From NCBI RefSeq assembly GCF_009914755.1, contig NC_060937.1: a stretch of 64,000 bases of DNA; one strand, given 5' to 3'. The position numbers were made by a program, and so were the translations under genes. Of this stretch, positions 1 to 14,473 are shown piece after piece (position 1 is the stretch's first letter; each line of letters opens with the position of its first letter). Under the pieces are notes generated by a model. It did no database searches. It was not told where the DNA came from and saw only the letters and a program-made list of their open reading frames with translations. Source of the stretch: the human T2T-CHM13v2.0 reference genome, Homo sapiens.

Positions 1-14
1 CTTTATTTTTTAAA

Positions 15-345
15 TACTAATACTTAATTTTTTCAGAGCAATTTTAGGCTCACAGCAAAATTAAGAGAAAGGTACAGAGATTTCCCATATATATCCCCTG
101 TCCCCCAATATACACAGACTCCATTATCAACATTCCCCACCAGATTGGTACATTTGTACCAATGATGACCCTACATTGACACATCATAATCACCTAAAGT
201 CCCTAGTTTACATTAGGGTTCTCTCTTGGTGATATACATTCTGTGGGTTTGAACAAATGTACAATGACATGTATCACCATTATAATATCTATCATTAAGG
301 GCATTTCACCACCCTGAAAATCCTCTGTGATCCACCTATTTTCTG
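15..345 (-). mobile_element. L1MC-type (L1MC1-like) LINE-1 3' UTR fragment
   Basis: Matches the antisense L1MC 3' end as I recall it (ttttaggctcacagcaaaattaagagaaaggtacagagatttcccatat...acattgacacatcataatcacctaaagtcc). Confidence 0.7.
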
Positions 346-520
346 TAATGCACAAATTGCTTTTTTTTTTTTTTTGGTAGCAAACTACATGGAGGACTTG
401 AAGTAGTGTTTCCTAATAACCAGTGCATGACCTCTTTACTGCAGAAACCGCATGACAGCAGCATATCTTTCTCACACAGGCCACCCTTACTGCTCAGCCT
501 CATAATAGTGGCATGGGTGG

Positions 521-2806
521 TGACATGGTTTGGCTGTGTCCCCACCAAATCTCAAATTGAATTGTATCTCCCAGAATTCCCACGTGTTGTGGGAGGGACC
601 CAGGGGGAGGTAATTGAATCATGGGGGCTGGTCTTTCCTGTGCTAGTCTCGTGATAGTGAATAAGTCTCACGAGATCTGATGGGTTTATCTGGGGTTTCT
701 GCTTTTGCTTCTTCCTCATTTTACTCTTGCCGCCTCCATGTAAGAAGTGCCTTTTGCCTCCTGCCATGATTCTGAGGCCTCCCTAGCTATGTGGAAATGT
801 AAGTCCAATTAAAGCTCTTTTTGTTCCCAGTTATCAGTATGTCTTCATCAGCAGTGTGAAAACAAACTAATACAGTAAATTGGTACCAGTAGAGTGGGGT
901 GTTGCTGAAAAGATACCTGAAAATGTGGAAGCAACTTTAGAACTAGAGAATAGACAGAGGTTGGAACTGTTTGGAGGGTTCAGAAGAAAACAAGAAAATG
1001 TGGGAAAGTTTGGAACTTTCTAGAGATTTGTTGAATGGCTTTGACCAAAAGCCTGATAGCGATATGGACAATAAGGTCCAGGCTGAGGTGGTCTCAGATG
1101 GAGATGAACTTCTTAGGAACTGAAGCAAAGGTGACTCTTGTTATGTTTTAGCAAAGAGTCTGGTGGCACTTTTCCCCTGCCCTAGAGATTTGTGGAACTT
1201 TGAACTTGAGAGAGATGATTTAGGGTATCTGGCAGAAGAAATTTCTAAGCAGCAAAGCATTCAAAATGTGACTTGGGTGCTGTTAAAAGCATTCCATTTT
1301 AAAAGGGAAATAGAGGAGAAAAGTCTAGAAAATTTGAAGCCTGATGATGAATTCTAAATGAAGAAAAACCCATTTTCCAGGGAGAAATTCAAGTCAGCTG
1401 CAGAAATTTGCATAAGTAGCAAGGAACCTAATGTTAATTTCCAAGACCCTGAGGAAAATGTCTCCAGGACATGTCAGAGACCTTCACAGAAGCCCCTCCC
1501 ATCACAGGCTCAGAGGCCCAGGAGGAAAAAGTGGTTCTGTGGGCCAGGCCCAGGGTCCCCATGCTGTGTGCAGCTTAGGGACTTGGTGCCCTGTGTGCCA
1601 GCCACTACAGCCATGACTGCAAGGGGCCAACATACAGCTCAAGCTGTGGCTTCAGAGCGGGGAAGCCCCAAGCCTTGACACCTTCCATGTGGTGTTGAGC
1701 CTGCAGGTGTACAGAAGTCAAGAGTTGAGGTTTGGGAACCTCCACCTAGATTTCAGAAGATGTATGGAAACGCTTGGATGCCCAGGCAAAAGTTTGCTGC
1801 AGAGGCGGGGCCCTCATGGAGAACCTCTGCTAGGGCAGTGCAGAAGGGAAATGTGGGGTCAGGGCCCCCACACAGTGTCCCTACTGGGGCACTACCTAGT
1901 GAAGCTATGAGAAGAAGGCCACCATCCTCCAGACCCCAGAATGGTAGATCCACCTTCAGCTTGCACTTTGTGCCTGGAAAAGCCACAGATACTCAATGAC
2001 AGCCCATAAAAGCAGCCAGGAGGGAGGCTGTACCCTTCAATGCCACAGGGGTGGAGCTTCCCAAGATCATGGGAGCCTACCTATTGCATCAGCGTGACCT
2101 GGACGTGAGACCTGGAGTCAAAGGAGATCATTTTGGAGCTTTAAAATTTGACTGCCCCACTGGATTTAGGACTTGCATGGGCCTTTGTTTTGGCCAATTT
2201 CTCCCATTTGGAAAGGCTGTATTTACCCAATACCTGTACCCCTATTGTATCTAAGGAGTTACTAGCTTGCTTTTGATTTTACAGTCTTATAGGTGGAAGG
2301 GACTTGCCTTGTCTCAGATGAGACTTTGGACTGTGGACTTTTGGGTTAATGCTGAAATGAGTTAAGACTTTTGGGGACTGTTGGGAAGGCATTATTGGTT
2401 TTGAAATGTGAGGACATGAGATTTGGAGGGGCCAGGGGTGCTATGATATGGTTTGGCTGTGTTCCCACCCAAATCTCAAATTGAATTGTATCTCCCAGAA
2501 TTCCCACGTTCCCCTCGGTCCCCTGGGAGGGACCCAGGGGAAGGTAATTGAATCATGTGGGCTACTCTTTCCTGTGCTACTCTCATGATAGTGAATAAGT
2601 CTCATGAAATCTGATGGGTTTATCGGGGTTTCTGCTTTTCCTTCTTCTTCATTCTCTCTTGCTGCCACCATGTAAGAAGTGCCTTTCACCCTCCACTATG
2701 ATTTTGAGGCCGCCCCAGCCATGTGGAATTGTAAATCAAATTAAACCTCCTTTTCTTCCCAGTCTCAGGTATGTCTTTATCAGTAGCATAAAGACAGACT
2801 AATACA
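521..2806 (+). mobile_element. Full-length THE1A MaLR provirus (5' LTR 521-874, internal 875-2443, 3' LTR 2444-2806)
   Basis: Two similar direct LTRs, TGA(C/T)ATGGTTTGGCTGTG...ACTAATACA. The internal region starts GTAAATTGGTACCAG and ends purine-rich. 5-bp TSD GGTGG/GGGGG (1 mismatch). The ORFs at 1163-2254 are pieces of the broken THE1-int ORF. Confidence 0.95.
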
Positions 2807-3249
2807 GGGGGTCAGGAGAAACTAGAAGAGCATGAAAGCCAGATTATAGGCCAAAGATGGACTGGCCTTGAATTTTTCTGTTTTGTGAGTTTTGTAGAGA
2901 TTTGTCAGCATTTTATATATAAGTGATGTTCTAATTATTTTACTTGAACTTCATTGGAAAATAGAAATCATGCAAAAATCCATACACGGAGTGGACAACA
3001 TGTACTTCATTAAAGTTTGGTAACATCCGTGAAAAAAATCTTACCCTTCCTTAAGGCAGTACATCACTGCAGAGACGCTCTATTTTTGTGTTTTGAAATG
3101 GAGCTCTGCAGTTTATTGTAAAACTGCTGGTTCTGTTGTTTACTATTGGAATTCCCCTGAAAGTTTCCTTCTTCAATTGAGCCAAAGTTCAGGAAAAGGT
3201 GTGACACAACCTGAAGACAAAAGGGAGGAAGTTAAAAACAGAGAGGCAC

Positions 3250-3450
3250 TATTTAGTGATCATCTTGCATATGTCAGATCTCTACCAAATTATTTACCTG
3301 AATTATCTCATTTAATCGTTCCCACCATCTCACAAGATAGGCATTATCAGTTCCTTTTTATAAATGGAAAAACTGAAGCTTAGAGAGACTGGGTAATTTT
3401 CCCAGAGTCACATTCTAGTGAGTGATGAAACTAGGATTTAAGACTTATCT
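3250..3450 (-). mobile_element. MIR SINE fragment
   Basis: Antisense MIR core (ctcatttaatc...aaatggaaaaactgaagcttagagag...aggatttaaga). Confidence 0.6.
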
Positions 3451-4621
3451 TTAAATATCACATATCAATCCATATGGAGGATGAAGAACATGAAGGAGGA
3501 TGAAGAACGTGAAAGAGAAGGAGGTTACAGAGGATATGAAATTAAGTCATAAGGGAAGAACTGAAAAGGTGGCACTGGTGTCAAAACTGCTGATCTAGCA
3601 TTCTGAAGCAAGAGAGTCACTGAAAAAAACAGTAGGATTAAAGAGCTCAGAATTGATGAGATACACCTAAAAAGAAAGTTAAAAGCTTGGTCTCAGCAAT
3701 AAGTAATCTGTGCCCCTAAATTCTCTACTTTAATTATAAATTAGCTGTGTGGGCTCTGCTTACATGGTTATAGTTAAGCTGGGAAAAGAGATCTTAGAGG
3801 AGCCAAAGACTAGAAGCTTCAGGATATTGCCCATGAAGAGAAAAAGGTCTCTATTTTTACACCTGGATTTGTCACCTGGGTGGTGACAACCTCCTATGAA
3901 GAAGATCAACAGAAGAACCAAGGAGCAGAGCAGTTAATCTCTCTCAACAATACCATGTTTATCTTTAAAGCACATTAAATATCTGGAATATTTTGTCATT
4001 TTAAAAACCATTCGTGAGAAGAAATCATTTGGAAAGACAATACTTCATGCGTAATAGGGTGCTTTTGTAGGCTGGAAAGGAAATTGTATTGGATCAGAAT
4101 GTGGATTTAGGCAACAGTCCTAGAAGTCCTTAGGGTCTTAGCACAAAAAGTGTCTATCCCTGTCACACGATGTTCATAGACATGCAGACAGATTCTAGCC
4201 ACAGGTCAATAGGAAAGAACTTGAATCTTGATGGCAATGATATTCAGACACATTACAGATATATCTGCTGGAAAAATCCGAAGGAAGCCAGATATCAGGG
4301 AGAGACAGCTAAGTCCCTAAGAGAAAAGCTTTGTGAATGAGGAGATAATCTGGCATGGTGAGTGAGAAGTAGCACAGGACCTGAGCATCCAAAGACAAAA
4401 TGTTAGCAGGTACAGTGCAAAGCTATGCACAGACACCTTACCCCTTATAACTCTGTCTCTTGGTAGTCCCCATGCCCTAGACGGAGGCAAAAGAAGTTCC
4501 TTAAAGAACACTTGGGCATCTCTGTCTCATGGGATTTTAGCACAATCCATAATCCTAAATATTTGCTCTTGTTACCAATACTGTTCAGGCCCCAGGAAAA
4601 CTCTTCACATCTATTACCCTG

Positions 4622-4983
4622 TGATATGTTTTGGCTGTGTTCCCACCCAAATCTCATCTTGAATTATAGCTCCTATAATTCCCACGTGTTGTGAGAGGGA
4701 CATAACTGGACATAATTGAATCATGGGGGCAGTTTCCCCATACTGTTCTCACGGTAGTGAATAAGTCTCACGAGATCTGATGCTTTTATAATGGGGTCCC
4801 TGTTTTGCTTGGCTCTCATTTTCTCTCTTGCCGCTGCCATGTAAGAAGTGCCTTTCACCTTCTGCCATGATTGTGAGGCCTCCCCAGCCATGTGGAACTC
4901 TGAGTCCGTTAAACCTCCTTGTCTTTATAAATTACCCAGTCTAGGGTATGTCTTTCTCAGCAGCATGAAAACAGACTAATACA
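4622..4983 (+). mobile_element. THE1B-like solo LTR
   Basis: TGATATG...GACTAATACA termini; TSD CCCTG/CTCTG. Confidence 0.92.
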
Positions 4984-6611
4984 CTCTGATTTTGAAGGAA
5001 AATATCACTGTATCCAAATGCCATGAAGGTTTTTGGGCTGTGCCATTACCAGCTTCAGAAATCAATAATGCTTCAGAGTGCAAGCAGCAAAAGAGCTCAA
5101 GCAAGGGAAAAACAAATAACATGTCATAATCCTCTCAAGTACTATGAGTATAATGAATTCTTGCATAATGAAGTATAATTCCCCATAACTACTGGGCATC
5201 TGTTGTCTTCTTCTCTTTATGTTCCATATTAGGGCTCTGGAAGCACTCACAAATTAGTACAATATTCACAACTGTTGCATGTGGAAGATGAGGAATATTC
5301 TTTATTATTAAATACACCGTTCATGTCTTAAGTTAGACATATGTAAGTTTATACTCTTAAACTATACCTGAAGATACAGACATAGCATGCACAAAGTGAG
5401 ATATTTCTTCACACTAATAACCAGAGGGACATTGATGACTAGGCTTAGTAGCAGTTTTATTTTTTATAGATATATTTAAATAATTTAATTTATATTCATA
5501 AAATTAAAATTAAAATTCCAGCTCCATTTAAATAATTGATTGAACTCTTTGATATTCATTCATTATAACTTGAATTTTCTCATTTAATTTCAATAGATCT
5601 TTTAAAAATATTTCATTAGAAAAATAAGCTTTTGGACACATGAAAGGATTTTATATTTTAATGTTTACATTTATTTTAATTTATATTTTTAAATAGAATT
5701 CAAATGCATTCAATTTTTTAATACTCCAAATAAAATTAAATTTATTTTGTCATTACTTAGATCATTGAAATTGAGAACAAGCTAAAATTATAATAGAAAA
5801 TATAAAATGCAGTTCAGAAAAGTAAAAACGTTAAAATTTTAAAAATAGAAATTTTGTTGTAGTAAAGGAATATTTGTCAAGTAGGAGGGTAAGATATACT
5901 TTATATAATAGTATGTTCACTTGATTTACACTCAAGTATTTAGACCTTTTGTACATGAATATTCTTATTCTGGGGTCCAAATATGTTGCAGGCAGGACTG
6001 TTTATGTACCCTAAAAAAAGAGAAATATGTAGAAAAAAATTCTTTAATATGCAAAGCTGTATCTCTAAGACCCTAAGCCACTGTGCCATGTGAATTTTGC
6101 CACTTTGTCACTGGAAAGCTTGGTACTATAATTGAAACAGCTGTATCTATTGGTGTCTATGTTATAAGACATCTCCCACCCAGCCACATGCCCAAGGAAG
6201 ATCGCTGGGCTCTAAAAGGGGAAGGTGTTTTCTTACTGACTGAAGAGTGAAGTGAGCACATAGATCAGGAGGCAGAAGTCCACCCATGGCAACTCAGAGA
6301 TAAACACTCCGGTCATTTGAAGTCAAGGGCAAGTTGTGCATGCCAAACAAAGCACCAATAGCTGCTCTCCAGGCCTAAGACACCAAGAGTGCTGACATCT
6401 ATGAGGGCACCAGTGGCAACAAGAGCACAGGGACTGTGGCCTCCCAGACAGTGACTACTACTGCATACACGGGTCCCTCCCCTCTTCTGTCTTCTGGAGG
6501 ATTACCTGAGTGACACAGCCACCATGACAAATCAGATCCTGCTCCTCACAAGAAGGGGCTGCTGATCCATTAGACACAAGAACTACAACTGTGCAAGTCA
6601 CCTTACCCAAG

Positions 6612-6975
6612 TGTATTAGTCTGTTCTCTATGCCGCTAATAAAGACATACCAGAAACTGAGTAATTTATAATGAAAAAGAGGTTTAATGGACTCACAGTT
6701 CCACATGGCTGGGGAGGCCTCACAATCATGGTGGAAGGCAAAAGGCGTGTCTTACATGGCAGTAGGCAAGAGAGAGAGTGAGAATCAAGTGAAAGGGTTT
6801 TCCCCTTATGAAACCATCAGATCTCGTGAGACTTACTCACTACCAGGAGAACAGTATGGGGGAAACACCCCCATGATTCGATTATCTCCCACCAGCTCCC
6901 TCCCACAACATGTGGGAATTATGGGAGCTACAATTCAAGATGAGATTTGGGTGGGGACACAGCCAAACCATATCA
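6612..6975 (-). mobile_element. THE1B/C-like solo LTR
   Basis: TGTATTAGT...CCAAACCATATCA (antisense LTR); TSD CCAAG/CCAGG. Confidence 0.92.
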
Positions 6976-8094
6976 CCAGGTAACTTCCACAAGTGAGTGG
7001 AATGTAGGGAATATTCAGGTCCTATAGATGCCAATGAAAATATTTTGTGTAAATATAATTAATAAATTGCCGTATCCCAAAGCTGCTCCTTAAGAAATAA
7101 ATTATTATGCAAGACAAATTCATTTTTAAAAATCTCTTTGAATACAATAAAATTCTATTTTGAGAGAGAGCTAAAAATCTCAGGTTTTCAATTTTTTCTC
7201 CCAAATTTAAACTATACAATATGACATATGAGCTAATTTAAGAAGCCAAAAAGTTTTAAGAGATAACTTGGTAAACTTCAGGTGGTTAGTTTCTTCAAGA
7301 CATAATAGTTACATTTTACTCTCCTAGGCTGTAAATATTATAGGCACCACTTAACCAAAGGGAATAAACATACTTGAGATAGATGTGGTCGGTTCTAAAT
7401 CAAACATACTAAAGATGAAAATGCAATGGGAAAGGGTGGTTTCCCAAAGAATCAAGAATCCCATTATAATTAGCTTTTCCTGGGGAGATGATTCCATTCT
7501 TTTGCAATAGTCAACATGCCTTGAAAACAAATGGAAGTTTATCTGTCTCAGTGGGATCTTTGCCTCCAAGGAGCAATGCCACTTGGGAATTTATCTGTCT
7601 AGACATTGGTGAAAATATAAGAACTTTGCAGAACACATTCCATAAGTCTCCTGTCAAGAGGAACCTCTAACACCCTTCAGCTATGCTCAGGTCTTGCCAT
7701 TTTCTCTGAAGTTCCACACAGGAGGCAGTCTTCTTGCATGGGTCCACCCTACACAGCGGGTGGGGGGCGGTGGGTGTGTGTGAAACAGACATCATGCGTT
7801 GGAATTGTCTGAATGGCTAATATTTTTCTTCTACTACTTAGGGTGATTTTCCTCAGATCATTTAAATTGGCATAGTATTTATTATACGTGTTAGCTATCC
7901 TGGAATTCAAACCAAGCATCTTAGTGTAACTGACGAAACAGCCCACACCGAAACACCAGTTTCCCACTTAGAACTTAGGCTGCGCAATTTTCCCGCTCCT
8001 CTCCCCATTTTGTTGCCTCTATTATGTTAGTGGTGTTTCCCATTAGAGGGTAAGCTATTTTAAAGCCAGGAATCTTTACTTAAAGCTACTAAAA

Positions 8095-8600
<506 letters not shown>

Positions 8601-8611
8601 TGAAGCAGTTA

Positions 8612-8775
8612 ATTATATTATTTCTAAGAGGCATATTTTTCACATTTAAACAGCTCTGAAATTGTTAGCATATCTAAAACAAAAAATGTATTACAATGAA
8701 AATGGCAGTGGTGTTCTTTTTTAATGGTATGAAAACTAACACTGTATTTGACAACCTATGGAATATTCATTTCTG
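8612..8775. mobile_element. MER104-like (TcMar-Tc2) non-autonomous DNA transposon
   Basis: ttctaagaggcatatttttcacatttaaacagctctgaaatt resembles the MER104/Kanga terminus and the sequence at 58155-58210. Confidence 0.55.
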
Positions 8776-10040
8776 TAACCTTATATAGCCTCCTGTCCTG
8801 CTCATATTCCATTCCCCATAGGATCTGACTCCATCCTGACACATAGTAGACATTAAATAATTCTTACATTAAAATATGTACATTTATAAATTTAAATAAT
8901 ATCAAGTAACACATGATGGAAGGTGGTAGCTGTCTAAAATATGCATCTCTCTTACTTCCTTAGTCATTGAGCACAGATGTCTAGCTGGGTTCATGGCCTC
9001 TGGGAATAAAGACTATATTCCCAGCGTTCCTTGCAGCTCAGTGCACTCAGGTAATTAAGTTATGACCAATCAAGGTAAGCAGAGGTGATGTATGAAACTT
9101 CTGAGAAGTCTTCTAAGGCAGAGAGCATATCCTTCTTCACCCTTCCTTCATCCCACTGCCCAGAACATCACAGTGATGGCTAAAGCAGGAATGGCTCTTT
9201 TGGAACATGTAAATGAAGCCTGCACCTTAGGAACTGTGGAGGTGAGAGCAGGAAGGGGCCCAAATACCTCATACCAGCCAGGAACTGCCTCCCTCTCAAC
9301 TTTTCACATGAGAGAAATATCATGTGTGTTTAAACGTATTTAAGTTCTCTGTCATGTGCACACTGGTGTAATCTTATCTGATACAGGACTTAAAACCTGA
9401 AATTGGAGAGATTCGTGACAACATTTAAAAATATTGCAATGGCTTAGTAGATGCAATCAAATAGTTGGCATTGAGAATTTAAGCACTGAGGTCTGGAAAG
9501 CTGACAGCATTCATTTTGCAGTGGTAAAACCCTTGGTCAAAATGAAACCCTCTGACCTTAAAAGGCAGATGACCTGCTGACTGAGGCTGCAGTGTAAGGA
9601 AAACGTAGTGTTTGCTAGCTCCTTCTTGCCACCTTTTGCAAAATTACTCAAGGTCGGAGCTAATGAGTCTGCAAGCAGAGATGAAGGAAACATCACTTGG
9701 CTGAGGGAAGCACTCTCTGCTTGTGGCCTCCCCTACAACTTGACAGAAAGACTCATAATCTGAATCCTGGCAGGGTTGAAAAAGTCAACATATGTACCCC
9801 AAAGTGAAGAGGGATTTTGTGGCAGCAGCAAAGCAGTAGCCTTAGCAGGAGATAAGAATGGTGTCCTGTCCTACAAATCTTATGAGCCTGCAAGCCAAAA
9901 ATAAAAATAAAAGTGGTGTTTTGCTAAATAAATCCACTGTTAAAGCCATCATTAAGTTGGTAGAAGGGAAATAGGAAAAGCAAAGCCAAGAGATCAGTAA
10001 ATTAAAGGCCAGAGACTTTAGAGTTAAATATAATCTCTCA

Positions 10041-10340
<300 letters not shown>

Positions 10341-10763
10341 CTAGTCCAGGCCTCTATCATCTCTACATAAGATATTTCACTGTATGTTTCTTACCTATGG
10401 AACTGACCAGAAGCAAAGCAATTGTAAGCCTTTTTGTACTGCTAAAGCAACCTCAAACCTAGCCTACAAAAGACAGTGACAGATCAGTCCTCAAAGCAAT
10501 GCTCAGGTCCTGGAACTACATCGTGGGGACTTATGCAGCCACAAGGCTTCTGCAACCTTCAGTTGGGCATTCTCTGAGGCTCACCTCAGAATCAACATGG
10601 GGACAAATGAACAAGGAATTAAAAATGAGAGAGCAAACCCAGTGGCCACAAGAAACAACAAGCAAGAGAGAATATCCTCCATGGACTAGATTCAGGACTT
10701 CCCAAGGGAAAAACCATGGCGCTTCCTCTAATGCCAAGGCAGAGAGTCCCACCCAGCAGGTAA

Positions 10764-11106
<343 letters not shown>

Positions 11107-11294
11107 CCACTCTCTTTTTCTAAATGGGGCTTTTGTCATAATTGTGCTCTTCTTACTCTGCCTTGGTATATTGGATGAGTATGGGGGAAGGGACCTATGC
11201 AGTTCAATTTCTGTGCTGCTATGGCACACAGAGCTGCATCTAGAACTGATGACAAGGTTTTCTAGTTATGGAGCTCAGTGCAGTTATTGGATGG

Positions 11295-11753
11295 TCTTAT
11301 GGGTTGAATTGTGTCTGCCCCCAAATGCCTGTGTTGAAGTCCTAATCCCCAGGACCTCAGAATGTCGCCTTATTTGGAAATAGAGCCATTGCAGACGGAA
11401 TTAGTTAAGACGGGGTCATACTAAAACAGGTGGGCCCCTAATCCAGTATGACTGATGTCCTTCCAAAAAGGGGAAATTTGGACAAGACAGCATGCAAGGA
11501 GAACACCATGTGAAGTGAAGGCAGAGACTGAGGGCTGTTTCTACAAGCCAAGGAAGGCTAAAGACTGCCACAAACCACCAGAAGCCAGGGGACAGCATGG
11601 GACAGATTCTTCCTCACAGCCGGAAGAAGGCACCAACCCTGCCAACATCTTGATCTTGGACTGTCTAGCCTCCAGAACTGTGAGACAAATTTCTGTTGTT
11701 TAAGCTATTCGGTTTGTGGTACTTGGTTATGGCAGCCCATGTGAATTAATACA
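11295..11753 (+). mobile_element. MLT1C-like solo LTR nested in the older MaLR internal region
   Basis: T(C)TTATGGGTTGAATTGTG...ccagaactgtgagacaaatttctgttgtttaag...TAATACA; TSD GATGG/GATAG. Confidence 0.88.
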
Positions 11754-12305
11754 GATAGGATTTGGGCATTATCTGCTCTGAGGAGAAGGTAAGGGTGTAA
11801 AGAAGAAATCATTGAGTAACCAAAAGAGCAGGCTGTGGCTCTTAGTGTTCCTAGTGTTCCTAGTGTTCATCTCCCCTTTCTTAGCAGTGCTATTATTGAT
11901 TCTGAACTAGCTGCCTAGATTCCTTTGCAACTAGGTTTGGCCATGTGACCACATTCTTGCTGATAAGATGGAAGCGGAAGTCTTATATACAACTTACATG
12001 AGGTGTTTCTAAAGAGAATGGCAAGATACATCCTTCATTTTCATTTTTTTTTTTTAACTGCTGGCTGGAAGATACATGGAACAGGAGGAGCATAAACAGC
12101 CCCCATCTTGGACCATGAGGTGAAAACCACATGCTAAATATGATAGAGCAACATAATAGAAGGACCCAGGATCCCTAACAACTACAAGAAGCCCACTACT
12201 ATTCTCAAGTGCTTCTCTTTTAACTTCTTCAACATGGAAAAAAAAAGCCATTGTATCCTGTTTAAGCCATAATTACTTAGGATTTTCTGTCACTCAGAGC
12301 TAAAT

Positions 12306-12727
12306 CGTGGCAGAGACAGTAATTATCATCCAGCACCCATTCTCCTCTTCTCCCTCTTAGTAATAGAAGCTTCAAAAGTTTAGCTCAGATACAGACTGAC
12401 CCCTTCAGCTAATTGTGTCCATATTAATATATCTGGGCAATGAAGAAATGTAAGCAGAAGTGATACGCCAACCTCTGAGGCATGCCTTTAAAACATTGCC
12501 CATATACTCCCCACTCTTTCCTCACTTCCCATGAGTAGTGAGTCAGTTTTGACCATGTGGATAGGGACATGGAGACGGTAGCACAAGAGAGATGAGGCCT
12601 GGGTCTGTAGATAACCCTGACAATACATCTGCCTACCCATAGGCTGTTACGTGACAGAGAAATAAGCTTTAAGTCACTAAATTTTCAGACCTCTTTGTTA
12701 AAGAAACTTAGCCACTGCCCTAATACA
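12306..12727 (+). mobile_element. Second old MaLR LTR (MLT1I/J-like)
   Basis: GTGGCAGAGAC...aatgtaagcagaagtga...CCCTAATACA. Confidence 0.55.
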
Positions 12728-14473
12728 TGATTTCAATCACAGGAGATACAGCTTTAAAGCCAATATTTTCAGATGCACTATAAACTTTGCTTCAAAATCA
12801 TAGTGGGATGGAGGACTTTTAGAGAAATGACCTGAAGAGCAGGGTTGTTTGGAACATCCTGTGGAATTTCTAATTTGTTCCAAGTAACCTGAGAGAATGT
12901 AACTTTTAGAGGCCCTCCTGAGTCCTGAGGCCAATCTTTAACTTGTGACCTAATCTGATCTCTAGATCAAGCCTGAAGCTGGATTTATGAGCTACAATGG
13001 GGCTTGCTTCTGTCCCTTCCCCTTCAGGGTAATACCAGGTGTCCACTGGCCAAGCTGCCAGGATAGCCCCAGTAGCTTATTACACTAGTTTGTTAAGTGG
13101 CACAAGGATGACTACTGTGCAGTCATATTGACAATATGGATGCCAGAAAGTTTAATATACACCATGCATCACAGGCAAAGGGGACAAAAGAACCAGGTGA
13201 CATAACTGATGGATCAAACAGACTCATCACCTGTGCATAACTGGTTTGCATGTCCCTTTTTGAAGCAATGGAGACTACATTAATTATACTTCTTTCCATC
13301 ACCAGTTACTCGGCACTCCCTGGTAACTCCCACGTGGGTAAAGATTCTACATCTATCAGCAGTTGCAGATCCCTGGCACCATCTTTACAAATGGGCTTGC
13401 ACAGATGAATTCAGCTATTCCAGAATTTTTCCTGGCCCCACAAAAAAAAAACTCCCCAGATGTCCCATCTCTTGGTTTATATGCCACTGATGATAACTTT
13501 GATATAATCCATGTAACTTTGTTCTTGTAAAGAAAGCTAAACTGAAAATTTGAGTATAACTATACTCAAATGAGAATGACCTGCAGTGCCTCTCATTTAC
13601 ATGTCATAAAAATGTCTGAGGGACAAATAAGAGTCATTCTAACTAATCTTTAAAATGATATTGCAATGTCTATTTGGAGCAAGGTAGTAATGTATTCAAT
13701 TCAGTTGAAGCCAAGATATATCTGTGTATATCTGACAGTGTATATCTGACATGTTCATGGGAAGTTCACTTTCCAGCCCTGGTGACAAGGCTTTAAAAGC
13801 CTACAATGCACACAATACCCCCGCACGTCCAAATTATCTGGCTAAATTCACATTTATGGAGATTATTGCCAGATGAAATTTCTGCCAAAACTTAAATTAC
13901 AAAACTTAAATACAAAGAAGTCGACCAAAGCAAAACCTGTAAAAAGCAAAAAGGAAAACAGTCCCTGAGGGGAAAAAGAAAAGGATTCAATCTCGTTTAT
14001 AGAAACTTAAATCACTTGTTGTGGCCTTGCACCAGGGATACCTCTAATGCATGTGGCAGATTAAAATAAGTTGCAGACTTCTGCACCTGATATCACATTC
14101 CTGCCCCATTATTTGAAGCTCTCGGTTGTCTCTTTCCTGGCTTCATTTTTGAGACTTTCAGTCCTACGTCTTTTCTTACAGGCTCCTTTAATTGATAACC
14201 TCTTAGAACCCACAGTTTCCATCAACAACATCCCATCCTTTCCTGTCCCCGAAAAAGTACACTACATCTTTGGATCTTGACATATGCTGTTGTTTCTGCC
14301 ACATCTTCCCTGCTACCTACCAGATAGCCTCTCATTCCACCTTGGTTGAGACAGCCACTAATTTTTAAAATACAAGAAGTGGAGATTCTGAGACATTGCC
14401 ATATATTCAAAGTAGGTGAAATAAATCTCAGTCCACAAAAGGACTAAAACTGCCTAGTGTCTGACTGTAAATA

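Noticed and set aside
5230-5960. AT-rich stretch that may be a hAT/Charlie remnant
   Set aside because: No TIR or transposase motif could be identified with confidence.
12960-13500. Possible old ERV coding remnant
   Set aside because: Partial manual translation gave no recognisable gag/pol/env motif.
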